In this document: piece after piece, positions 1 through 8,940 of the stretch
Position numbering within the stretch: position 1 is the stretch's first letter
Layout: every line of letters starts with the position of its first letter
Assembly: GCA_022749995.1 (NCBI GenBank)
Contig: JAKIWO010000002.1
Location: 42,033 to 106,032, forward strand
DNA from: Thermoplasmata archaeon
Lineage (GTDB): Archaea; Thermoplasmatota; Thermoplasmata; Lutacidiplasmatales; UBA184
Reading direction: 5' to 3'
Length of the DNA: 64,000 nt
Notes under the pieces: model-generated
Databases searched by the model: none
The model's input: the letters and a program-made list of their open reading frames with translations, nothing else
What the model was told of the DNA's origin: nothing
Position numbers and translations under genes: made by a program

Positions 1-982
1 CGACCTGCAGCTCCATCCCCTTCGCTAGCCGCCCGGAGAACAGCCGCCCGGTCGCGATCTCGCCGGCATTGGGGTCCATGGTGATGTCGGTGACCATGAA
101 GGCGGTGGGCCCGTCGGTCTGGGTACCGGTCATCGCGAGTCCGACGGCGCTCCCCGGTTCCCCCTTCCAGATGTTCGGGATCCGGTACCGCTGGGCGATT
201 TCCGGGCTCGGGAGGTGCTTGACCACCATGTCGAAGATGACGTCGTTGATCTTCGCCTTCTGTGCGATCTCGCGCGAGCGGCCGGTGGAGACGTAGTCCA
301 CGATGTCCTTGAACTTCACGCCGGTGCGCTGCATGTACGGGACGGAGATCGCCCAGTTCTCGTACCCGCTGCCGAAGGCGACGGAGCCGTCGCGCGGGTC
401 GACGCTCCACTCGTCGACGAACTCCTCCGGCGCCATCTTCCGGATGAGTTCGTTGACCTCGATGATGATCTCGGTGAACCGCTTCTGGAACGACTCGGTG
501 GTGAGCTTGAGCTCCTTGATCGCCCGGTCGACCTTGTTGATGAACAGGACCGGCTTGACCTTCTCCCGCAGCGCCTGGCGGAGCACCGTCTCGGTCTGCG
601 CCATCACGCCCTCGACCGCGCAGACCACGACCACGGCGCCGTCGACGGCCCGCATCGCGCGGGTGACGTCCCCGCCAAAGTCGACGTGTCCCGGCGTGTC
701 GATGAGGTTGATCAGATACTGCTGGTTCTCGTACTCGTGGACGATCGTGACATCGGCGTTGTTGATGGTGAGCAGGCGCGCTTGCTCCTGCTCGTCGAAG
801 TTCAAGTACAGTTGCTTGCCCGCGAGCTCGTTGGAGATCATCCCCGCCGCGGCGAGCAGGTTGTCGGAGAGCGTCGTCTTGCCGTGATGGATGTGGGCGA
901 CAATCCCGATGTTCCGGATCTGGGAGGTCCGGTGCATCATGTCGGGAATCGCCTTGGCGAGCTCGCTCCGGATGTGCGTCAT
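1..982 (-). CDS. fusA: Elongation factor EF-2 (5' part; gene runs off the window)
   Basis: Manual translation from ATG at 982: [10 protein letters not shown]...[21 protein letters not shown]...[25 protein letters not shown]...[17 protein letters not shown] upstream; follows S12-S7. Confidence 0.97.
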   Translation of the reverse strand, partial: MTHIRSELAKAIPDMMHRTSQIRNIGIVAHIHHGKTTLSDNLLAAAGMISNELAGKQLYLNFDEQEQARLLTINNADVTIVHEYENQQYLINLIDTPGHVDFGGDVTRAMRAVDGAVVVVCAVEGVMAQTETVLRQALREKVKPVLFINKVDRAIKELKLTTESFQKRFTEIIIEVNELIRKMAPEEFVDEWSVDPRDGSVAFGSGYENWAISVPYMQRTGVKFKDIVDYVSTGRSREIAQKAKINDVIFDMVVKHLPSPEIAQRYRIPNIWKGEPGSAVGLAMTGTQTDGPTAFMVTDITMDPNAGEIATGRLFSGRLAKGMELQV

Positions 983-1005
983 GCCGTTCCCCCTCCGCGC
1001 GGGCC

Positions 1006-1668
1006 CTACCGGGCCGACTGGGCCACGCGCTCGACTTCTTCCTTGCGGCCGACGGCGTAGCTGGTCAGGTCGCCCTTCGCGGCGAGCGCGATCTCGTGGG
1101 CGAGGCAGTTCGAGATGGACTTGGTGGACTTGCGCGAGGCGGTGATGGCGCCCTGGGCGATGTTACGGATCGCGACGGCGAGTCGGCGGGCCGGTGCGGA
1201 ATCGACCGCGCGCGGGACCGAGATGCCGCCGAACTGCAGCCGCGTGACCTCCTCGCGGGGGGCGGAATTCTCGACGGCGTTCACCAGCAGCTGGAGCGGA
1301 TTCTGCTTCTCGGTGCGCTCGAGCTCCTCGAACGCCAGCCGGATCGTGGTGATCGCCTTGGACTTCTTGCCGGTGAACTTGCCGCCTTTCATCAGGTGGT
1401 TGGCGAGCCGCTCGACGAGATGCATCTGGGCCTTGAGGAACGGCCGGCCGGAGAGCTTCCCCTCGGTGTGCGGGCTGTAGACGGGGTGGAGGTACATGTA
1501 CGGGGCGAGCCCCGGGTCGTGCACCTCGATGCCCTCGAAGGTGAACCGGCCGAACAGCGCCGGCAGCGCGAACGGGGGCGGCGGGGGAGCGGGCGGCCTC
1601 GCCGGGGACGGGGCGTTCTCCTCGGGCGCCGGCTCGGGTGGGGGCGGAACGAACTCCGGGGGACTCAT
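1006..1668 (-). CDS. rps7: 30S ribosomal protein S7 (uS7) with Pro-rich N-terminal extension
   Basis: [48 protein letters not shown]; overlaps the S12 stop. Confidence 0.97.
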   Translation of the reverse strand: MSPPEFVPPPPEPAPEENAPSPARPPAPPPPPFALPALFGRFTFEGIEVHDPGLAPYMYLHPVYSPHTEGKLSGRPFLKAQMHLVERLANHLMKGGKFTGKKSKAITTIRLAFEELERTEKQNPLQLLVNAVENSAPREEVTRLQFGGISVPRAVDSAPARRLAVAIRNIAQGAITASRKSTKSISNCLAHEIALAAKGDLTSYAVGRKEEVERVAQSAR

Positions 1669-2099
1669 CGCTGCGGCTTCTCCTTGCGGCCCCGGACCAG
1701 CTCGTCGAGGCTGACGCCGTTGACCTGGATCACTTTGTAGCGTACGCCGGGGATGTCGCCGTACGAGCGGCCCATGCGGCCGCCGATCCCCTCTACGAGC
1801 ACCTCGTCGTGCTCGTCAATGAAGTTGATAGCGCCGTCGCCCACCGCGAAGGCCGTCACCTGGCGGCCGTTCTTGATGAGCTGGACCTTCACGCATTTGC
1901 GGATGGCCGAGTTGGGCTGCTTGGCCTCCACGCCCACCTTCTCGAGCACGATCCCGCGGGCCTGCGGAGCGCCCTCGAGCGGGTCGGAGCGCTCCTTGAG
2001 GTGCAGCGTCCGGCGCTTGTAGTACCGATCCGACCAGCGTCGCCGCTGGCGGAGCCGGTGCAGGCGGCCGGCAGTATGCATTCCGGAAGGGGGCGGCAT
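1665..2099 (-). CDS. rps12: 30S ribosomal protein S12 (uS12)
   Basis: [40 protein letters not shown]; start placed at ATG 2099. Confidence 0.97.
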   Translation of the reverse strand: MPPPSGMHTAGRLHRLRQRRRWSDRYYKRRTLHLKERSDPLEGAPQARGIVLEKVGVEAKQPNSAIRKCVKVQLIKNGRQVTAFAVGDGAINFIDEHDEVLVEGIGGRMGRSYGDIPGVRYKVIQVNGVSLDELVRGRKEKPQR

Positions 2100-2272
2100 C
2101 GACGAGATTCTCGAGCGGGTGCGACCCACCGGGACCCCCTATTTAAGTTTCGGCCCGCTCGACGGTGCGACGGCACCGGAACGGGTCGGCTACCGACGAG
2201 GAATCGGCTCCCGGAGGACGCCCGGGAACCGCTCGCGGCACTCCTATTAGTCCGGCACCGGTTCGACCTTCC

Positions 2273-4750
2273 GTGACCCGGCTTGCGTTGTTCCTGCTCG
2301 GCGGCTCCTACCGTTCTGAAGGCGAGGACGTGGTGGTCGAACTGTTCGGCAAGACGCCGGAGGGCGAGAGCGTCGTCGCGTTGGCCAGCGGGTTCCGCCC
2401 CTACTTCCAGATCACCGAGCCGACCGCCGAGCAGCTGGACCGGCTGCACAAGGAACCCGAGGTGGTCGAGGTGGAGACCGGGCAGAGCCTCTGGGTGAGC
2501 GGAACGGTCCGCCCGGTGGCGACCGTCCGGTTGCATCACCCGTGGGTGGTGCCCGAGTTCCGGGAACGGTACCGCCGCCCGAACGAGGAGAACACGGTCC
2601 TCGCCTGCGACATACCATTCGTCCACCGGTTCCTGTACGACCGCCACCTCGGGCTCACGGTGGCCTTCGAGGCCGAGCAGGCCACGGAGGAGGAGCGGGG
2701 ACGGTACACCACGGCGCGGGTGGTCCGGGTGCTGCCTCGCCACGCGGCTCAGTTGGAGCGGGCCGAGCCGTTCCGGCCTCCACTCACCTACCTGAGCTTC
2801 GACATCGAGAATGCGATCCGCGAGCGCACGCTGTTCACGCTCTGTGGCGTGGTGAGCCGCGTCGACGGGTCCGGCGCGAGCGGAGGGGAACGGGAGTTCC
2901 AGTTCTCCGGGAGCGAACCCGAGATCCTCGAGCAGTTCGTGCGGGAGGTCCGCGAGAGCGACCCGGACATCATCACCGGCTACAACATCGGAGGCTACGA
3001 CATCCCGCTCCTGCTCGAGCGCCAGAAGGCGCTCGGCGTCCCCGAGCTCCTGTTCGGTCGCGACCGGACCCCGCCCAACGACGCCGGCGAGCGGCTGTGG
3101 AAGATCCACGGACGGGTCGTCGCCGACGCGTGGTGGTCGGCCCGCCGCGAGCTCCATCCCAAGCAGGAGACCCTTGAGTACGTCGCGCGCACTCTGCTCG
3201 GCGACAAGAAGCTCGACGTCGACCGGCGCAACATCACCGAGGAGTGGACCAAGGACCCGGTCGCGGTGATGAAATACTGCACCCACGACGCGCGGCTCGC
3301 CCTGCACATCTTGCTCAAGCTCCGCTCGATCGACAAGGCCGCGGACTTGGCGACCGTCGCCCGCCTTCCGCTCGAGGAGGGGCTCAACGGCCGGACCTCG
3401 CTGTTCATCGACGCGCTCCTCATCCCCCGGGCCGACGCCCGCCAGATCGGGGTGCCTCCCTCGCGCCGGACCAACCGCGAGAGCACGATCGAGGGCGGGT
3501 ACGTGCACGGCATCCGGCCCGGGCTCTACCGATGGGTCGTCGTCCTCGATTTCAAGGCGATGTACCCGTCGATCATTATCGCCCGCAACCTGTGCTTCAC
3601 GACGCTCTCTCCCACCGGGAGCACGGTGAGCCCTTCGGGCGCCCGGTTCGTGACGGTCGAGGAGCGCCGGGGCGTGATCCCCGAGGTGCTCGCGGAGCTG
3701 CTCCGCACCCGGGACGAGATGCGCCGGCGCGCGAGCGAGGAGCCGACCGCCGAGCTGCGCGCGTACTACGACGGTCTGCAGTCGGCGCTCAAGGTGCTGA
3801 TGAACTCGTTCTACGGCGTGCTCGCCTCGAGCTTCTACCGGTTCACGAACAAGGACATCGGCGCGGCGATCACCTCCTTTGCCCGCGAGTCGATCACGCA
3901 CGTCATCGCCGAGCTCGAGAAGGACCAGCTCGAGGTGGTCTACTCCGACACCGACTCGGTGTTCGTCCGGTCGCCGGTCCCGACGCTCGAGGAGTCGATG
4001 CAGTTCGGGCAGGAGGTCTCCCGCCGATTCACCGCCCAGGGAGGGATCTTCGAGTTCCAGTCGGTCTACGAGGCGTTCTTCTCCCACGGCGCCAAGAAGC
4101 GGTACGTCGGCCGGACCGCCTGGCCGCGGGCCGAACTGGTCGTCCGAGGATACGAGAGCCGGCGCACCGACGCGTTCGACTACCAAGTGGAGGCGTTGAA
4201 CGAGCTGTTCGAGCTCGTCCTGGGCGGGGAGACGCAGCGAGCGCTGGCCCGCGCGCGCGAGCGGGTCGCCGAGCTGCGCGACGGTCGCGTGCCCGCCGAG
4301 CGGCTCGTCATCGCCCGGAGCGTCCGGGCCGAGTCGGAGTACAACGAGGCCACCAAGGACGCGCTCCCGTTCCTCCGGGTGTTCCGACAGCTCCAGAGCG
4401 AGGGGTACGATGTCATCCCGGGCATGAAGGTCGCTTGGGTGGTCACCGACGCCGGCAAGTCCCCCCAGGAGGTCGAGCCGTGGGTGGTCGGTCGGCCGCT
4501 CACCAAGCCGCCGGATTATGGGTACTACAGCGAGCGGCTGGCCCAGACCCTGGCCCGGGTCACGGACGTCTTCGACTGGGATGCGGCCGCGCTCTTGCAG
4601 GGAGGCCGCCAACAACGGCTGCAGGCCGAGGAACCGCCTCCCTCGACCCCGCGCACGCCGCTAGGGCTCGATGCCTCGGTAGGCGAGCTCAACTCGAGCG
4701 CCGCCCGCCGGCGGAAGTCTACGACGCTCGAGACGTTCGGCGACGGTTAG
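2273..4750 (+). CDS. polB: Family B DNA polymerase
   Basis: Exonuclease motifs FDIE, GYNIGGYD, YCTHDA; polymerase motifs DFKAMYPSII, KVLMNSFYG, YSDTDS, KKRY. Start taken as GTG 2273 (ORF open from 2165). Confidence 0.95.
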   Translation: MTRLALFLLGGSYRSEGEDVVVELFGKTPEGESVVALASGFRPYFQITEPTAEQLDRLHKEPEVVEVETGQSLWVSGTVRPVATVRLHHPWVVPEFRERYRRPNEENTVLACDIPFVHRFLYDRHLGLTVAFEAEQATEEERGRYTTARVVRVLPRHAAQLERAEPFRPPLTYLSFDIENAIRERTLFTLCGVVSRVDGSGASGGEREFQFSGSEPEILEQFVREVRESDPDIITGYNIGGYDIPLLLERQKALGVPELLFGRDRTPPNDAGERLWKIHGRVVADAWWSARRELHPKQETLEYVARTLLGDKKLDVDRRNITEEWTKDPVAVMKYCTHDARLALHILLKLRSIDKAADLATVARLPLEEGLNGRTSLFIDALLIPRADARQIGVPPSRRTNRESTIEGGYVHGIRPGLYRWVVVLDFKAMYPSIIIARNLCFTTLSPTGSTVSPSGARFVTVEERRGVIPEVLAELLRTRDEMRRRASEEPTAELRAYYDGLQSALKVLMNSFYGVLASSFYRFTNKDIGAAITSFARESITHVIAELEKDQLEVVYSDTDSVFVRSPVPTLEESMQFGQEVSRRFTAQGGIFEFQSVYEAFFSHGAKKRYVGRTAWPRAELVVRGYESRRTDAFDYQVEALNELFELVLGGETQRALARARERVAELRDGRVPAERLVIARSVRAESEYNEATKDALPFLRVFRQLQSEGYDVIPGMKVAWVVTDAGKSPQEVEPWVVGRPLTKPPDYGYYSERLAQTLARVTDVFDWDAAALLQGGRQQRLQAEEPPPSTPRTPLGLDASVGELNSSAARRRKSTTLETFGDG

Positions 4751-4756
4751 TCCGAC

Positions 4757-5719
4757 CTACAGATCGGCGAGCGGCGCCTCGGCGAGGGGCCCCGGCGCCT
4801 GGGTGCCTCGTACCGCCAGCAGTGCCCCCAGCGCCGCCACCGGAATGCCGGCCAAGCCGAGCCACGACGGCAGCTGATGAGTGACGAGCACGGTGAATCC
4901 GAGAGTGAACACGGGAATCGCGGCCATCAACAGCGCGGGCAGGAGGAGGCCCGAGCGGCGGATCGCCCGGAAGTACAGGTCCGGCGCGACGAAGAACGTG
5001 ATCACCCCGCCGACCACGAGCAGGAGGAGCGGGATCGGTGCGATGAGCAGCCCCCCCCATCCCCCGGGGAGCGCTGGCGCGATCAGGAGCGAGACGAGAC
5101 CCGCGCCGAGCCCGGCTCCGCCGGCGACAGCACTGATCGGCTGACGACGATTGGCCCCGGCTCCGCTGACGAAGAATCCGGCGAGTACGATTGGCAGCAC
5201 CACCGCCGCCAGCACCGAGAGTCCCCGGATCGGTTGGGCCGATCCTCCTTCGAGGATGGTCAGGGTCGCGCCGCCGGCGCTCAACCCCATCCCGAGCAGG
5301 AACAGCGGGTTCTGCAGGAGGCCCCGTCCCTCGCCCACGACGGCACGGGCCACGAGCGGCGTGAGGATCACATCCCCGACGAGGGCGAGCAGCGCGGAGT
5401 CCACCGGCCCCCCGGAGAGGGTCACCTGCAGCACCAGGATCTGGGTGGACAGGAACAGCCCCACACGGAGCCAGCCACCACTCGTTCGAAAGCCGTGGAC
5501 GAAGGCAGGGAACTCTCCTCGCGCGGCCGCCCAGATGACGTACGAGACGCCCCCCGCTAGGAACGGGTAGGCGAGAAGCGCGGTGAAGGAGACCGACCCC
5601 TCGAGGGTCAGAATGAACAGGTAGTAGCTCGACCAGAGCAGGGCAGCGAGTAGCGCGTAGACGGTCGCCTGGCGCCGACGATCCTTCCCATCGGGGATCG
5701 CGGCGGCTCCCTCACCCAT
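4757..5719 (-). CDS. DMT/EamA-family membrane transporter
   Basis: About 10 hydrophobic helices, ALLAALLWS start motif, two-repeat organisation. Confidence 0.75.
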   Translation of the reverse strand: MGEGAAAIPDGKDRRRQATVYALLAALLWSSYYLFILTLEGSVSFTALLAYPFLAGGVSYVIWAAARGEFPAFVHGFRTSGGWLRVGLFLSTQILVLQVTLSGGPVDSALLALVGDVILTPLVARAVVGEGRGLLQNPLFLLGMGLSAGGATLTILEGGSAQPIRGLSVLAAVVLPIVLAGFFVSGAGANRRQPISAVAGGAGLGAGLVSLLIAPALPGGWGGLLIAPIPLLLLVVGGVITFFVAPDLYFRAIRRSGLLLPALLMAAIPVFTLGFTVLVTHQLPSWLGLAGIPVAALGALLAVRGTQAPGPLAEAPLADL

Positions 5720-6764
5720 ACCGCTCGTAGGTCAGGCCCAACCTGGGGAGACTGACGCCCCGCCCGCGATCGACGGAGCCGATGGGCACGGCATCGGCGA
5801 ACCCCGCCTTCCCCAACCGGCGAAGCAGCGGCCCGCGGGTTCCGGGGCGACAGGCGATGACGAAACCCACGCCCATGTTGAACGTGCGGTACATTTCTCG
5901 AGGTGCTACGTTCCCGTGCTGGGAGAGGAATCCGAAGAGCGAAGGGACCTTCGGCCAGTCATTGAGCCGGAATTCAACCTCCCGCTGCAGGCGGACGAGG
6001 TTGCTCACCCCACCGCCGCTGATGTGGGCCAAGCCGGTAATCCCGGGAAGGTCGACCAGCGACTCCACCGCGCGGACATAGGTGCGGGTCGGAGTGAGGA
6101 GCTCAAGGCCGAGGCGGCGCCTGGATCCGGCTCGGATACGCCCCAACGGAACTCCGGCGCTGGCCACGATCCTCCGGGCCAAGGTGAGGCCGTTCGCGTG
6201 GAGCCCGCTCGAAGGCACCCCGATGAGGGCATCGCCGGGGCGGATGCGCTCTCCCGTGATCGGTCGCCGTCCACCGGGGAAAAAACCGAGTGCCGTACCG
6301 CCGAGGTCCACGCCGTGCACGAGCTCGGGGACGACCGCGGTCTCCCCTCCGAGCAGCGAGCACTGCGCGGCGAGGAGTCCCCGGCGAAGACCGCGGCCAA
6401 TCGCCGCGAGGAGGGCAGGGGTGGGTCGATCCATGGAGATCGTGTCGACGAACGCCGCAGGGCGCGCCCCGACGGCCGCCAGGTCATTCACGTTGATCGC
6501 GACCACGTCCTCCCCCACCTCCTCCCATCGACCGAGCTCCTGGGCGAGCAGCCCCTTGGTGCCGACCGTGTCCGTGGTGATCGCGAGCAACTCGCGGCCG
6601 ATCCGGATCAGCCCGGCGTAGTGTCCCGCGGGCGGCACAGGCCGGCCGCTCGCGGCGGGGGCGCGGTACCGGGCGGCCGAGAGGAGTTCCCGGAGAGAGC
6701 GGGCGACCTGAGCCCGGTCCACGCCCGCCCTCGCGTAGCTCCAGCCCCGCCGACTCCGGCCCAC
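5712..6764 (-). CDS. purM: Phosphoribosylformylglycinamidine cyclo-ligase (AIR synthase)
   Basis: YARAGVD, TDTVGTK, NVNDL, GGETA, SSGLHANG, AHISGGG, TFNMGVG; start taken as GTG 6764. Confidence 0.95.
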   Translation of the reverse strand: MGRSRRGWSYARAGVDRAQVARSLRELLSAARYRAPAASGRPVPPAGHYAGLIRIGRELLAITTDTVGTKGLLAQELGRWEEVGEDVVAINVNDLAAVGARPAAFVDTISMDRPTPALLAAIGRGLRRGLLAAQCSLLGGETAVVPELVHGVDLGGTALGFFPGGRRPITGERIRPGDALIGVPSSGLHANGLTLARRIVASAGVPLGRIRAGSRRRLGLELLTPTRTYVRAVESLVDLPGITGLAHISGGGVSNLVRLQREVEFRLNDWPKVPSLFGFLSQHGNVAPREMYRTFNMGVGFVIACRPGTRGPLLRRLGKAGFADAVPIGSVDRGRGVSLPRLGLTYERYG

Positions 6765-6894
6765 GGCTTCGCGAGGGAACGACGGGCAAAACGATGGCGG
6801 GGAGCGGCCGGCGACCTCTAATCCGCGTCGCGCGGTCCGGCGCAGGATGCCCGCACGCCCTCGTCTGCGACGCGAGGCCGCGACCGCACGACCC

Positions 6895-8208
6895 GTGCCT
6901 TCCATCGTGCTGGTCGGGCGGAGCCTGCAGCGGGGAGTACTGCGGCCCGTCGAGGTGGGCCTCGACGAGTCGGGCGAGATCGTCGCCATCGGCCGTGACC
7001 TCCGCGGCGGGCGGCGCCACGACCTCGGGGAAGCGGTGCTCCTTCCCTCGGCTGTGGACCTGCACGTCCACTTCCGTTCCCCGGATGTGCCTCACGAAGG
7101 GGAGAACTGGGCCCGAGGCACCGTCCAAGCCGCGCTGGGCGGAGTGGGGGTAGCCGGAGAGATGCCCAACGCGCAGCCCCCGACCTCGAGCGCGTCCCGG
7201 CTGGAGGAACGCCGCGACCGCGGTCGAGGCCGGCTCGCGATCGACTTGCTGTTGTATGCCGCGCTGGAGAGACCGTCGGAGGTGCCCAAGCTTGGGCGGG
7301 TGGCGGGCGGCTTCAAGCTCTACCTCGCTCCCACGACCGGCATCGAGCCGCCCGGTGACTCCGATCAGGTCGCCGAGTTGTTGCGCCTCGCCTCGCTCAC
7401 TGGCCTACCCGTCGCGGTCCACGCAGAGGACCCCGGCCAGTTCGTCGACCCCGAGCGTGCCACCAATCCGGTCGAGTGGGACCGAGCCCGGCCCCTCGAA
7501 GCCGAGGAAGGGTGCGTGGAGCGGCTCATCGCCTCCGTTCCCGCCGGCCTTCGGCTCCATGTGGCCCACGTCACCTCGGCGGAAACGGCTCGACGGCTGA
7601 AGGAGGCGGGGCACTCCTTCGAGTGCACTCCCCACCACCTGCTCCTCTCCGACAGATCCGGCGACGACGCGCGGTGGAAGGTCAACCCCCCGCTACGGTC
7701 GGAGGCGGTGCGGGCCGGGCTGTGGGAAGCCTTCCGGGACGGACACGTCCCCTGCCTAGCGAGCGACCACGCCCCGCACGAGCGGGAGGCTAAGGACCGC
7801 CCGTTCCCGCGCGCACCGGCCGGGGTCCCCGGGGTGGGAACTATGCTGCCACTGCTGCTCGCGCGCGCACGTGCCGGCGAGCTCTCCTTGGATCGCCTCC
7901 AGCGCGCGGCCTGCGAACATCCGGCCCGGTGGCTCGGCCTGCCGGCGGGCCGGCTCGCCCTCGGCCACCGCGGCGGAATCGTGGCCGTCGACTTCCGACG
8001 CCGTCAGCCCTTCCACGCCGCACGGTTCCGCGACTCCTGCGGGTGGAGCCCGTTCGAGGGCCACGAGATGATCTTCCCATTCGAGCATTGGCATCGGGGG
8101 GAACGCATTGTTGAGGGCGGAGAGTACGTGGGTCGCCCCACGGGCCAGGTGGTCCGTCCCGAGTACGCCCACGGCGCATCCGCCCGTGTCCTCCGGGGTC
8201 CAGAGTAA
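6895..8208 (+). CDS. pyrC: Dihydroorotase (amidohydrolase superfamily)
   Basis: DLHVHFR, EMPN, FKLYL, VHAED, HVAHVTS, KVNPPLR, SDHAPH; start uncertain (6847 or 6895). Confidence 0.88.
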   Translation: MPSIVLVGRSLQRGVLRPVEVGLDESGEIVAIGRDLRGGRRHDLGEAVLLPSAVDLHVHFRSPDVPHEGENWARGTVQAALGGVGVAGEMPNAQPPTSSASRLEERRDRGRGRLAIDLLLYAALERPSEVPKLGRVAGGFKLYLAPTTGIEPPGDSDQVAELLRLASLTGLPVAVHAEDPGQFVDPERATNPVEWDRARPLEAEEGCVERLIASVPAGLRLHVAHVTSAETARRLKEAGHSFECTPHHLLLSDRSGDDARWKVNPPLRSEAVRAGLWEAFRDGHVPCLASDHAPHEREAKDRPFPRAPAGVPGVGTMLPLLLARARAGELSLDRLQRAACEHPARWLGLPAGRLALGHRGGIVAVDFRRRQPFHAARFRDSCGWSPFEGHEMIFPFEHWHRGERIVEGGEYVGRPTGQVVRPEYAHGASARVLRGPE

Positions 8209-8244
8209 CCTTCTAATCCCGCCCGGCCCCGCCGTCTCCCGACC

Positions 8245-8922
8245 ATGGCCGATGTCGTTGTCGCCGGCGTCGACGTCTGGAAAGTGTACGGCTCGGGCGA
8301 CACGCAGGTCGCTGCGCTCCAAGGCGTTAACCTCGAGGTCCGCCGCGGGGAGATGGTCGCGGTGATGGGCTCCTCGGGTTGCGGCAAGACGACGTTTCTC
8401 AACTGTTTCTCCGGGCTGGACGAGATCGACAAGGGGACGGTGACGCTCGAGGGCGTGGACATCCACGCAATGAGCGACAACGCCAAGAGCGACTATCGGG
8501 CGCGGCGCACCGGGTTCGTCTTCCAGTCCTACAATCTGCTGCCAGTGCTGACGGCGGTGGAGAACGTGGAGATGCCGCTGCTCATCAGCGGATCCAAGCC
8601 CAAGCTCGCCCGCAGCACCGCATCGGCGATGCTCACCGACCTGGGACTTGGCGAACGGCTCACCCACCTTCCCTCCCAGCTCTCGGGAGGGCAGCAGCAG
8701 CGGGTCTCGCTCGCTCGCGCGCTGGTCGCTCGTCCGGCGATCGTCTGGGCCGATGAGCCGACCGGTAACTTGGACGAGGAAGGCTCGCGCCAGGTCACCG
8801 CGCTCCTGAGGGAGCTCAACCAGAAACACGGCCAGACGATCCTGATTGTCACGCACGACCCCGAGGTCGCGCGCGGATGCGATCGGACGTTACGGATGCG
8901 CGACGGCCGGTTCGCGGACTAG
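8245..8922 (+). CDS. ABC transporter ATP-binding protein (LolD/MacB-like)
   Basis: GSSGCGKTT, LSGGQQQRV, WADEPTGNLD, VTHD. Confidence 0.95.
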   Translation: MADVVVAGVDVWKVYGSGDTQVAALQGVNLEVRRGEMVAVMGSSGCGKTTFLNCFSGLDEIDKGTVTLEGVDIHAMSDNAKSDYRARRTGFVFQSYNLLPVLTAVENVEMPLLISGSKPKLARSTASAMLTDLGLGERLTHLPSQLSGGQQQRVSLARALVARPAIVWADEPTGNLDEEGSRQVTALLRELNQKHGQTILIVTHDPEVARGCDRTLRMRDGRFAD

Positions 8923-8940
8923 CGCCCGAGCGAGCCATCG

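Noticed and set aside
1889..4615. 908-aa minus-strand ORF and many similar long ORFs (e.g. 8877-11948, 49183-51294, 61489-63396)
   Set aside because: Antisense or alternate-frame shadows of well-supported genes; stop codons are rare at this GC and the products are Arg/Gly/Pro-rich with no motifs.
2273..4750. PolB as a mobile-element (casposon or viral) polymerase, or as intein-containing
   Set aside because: Normal length and cellular motifs, flanked by core genes, with no terminal repeats, cas1 or intein motifs.
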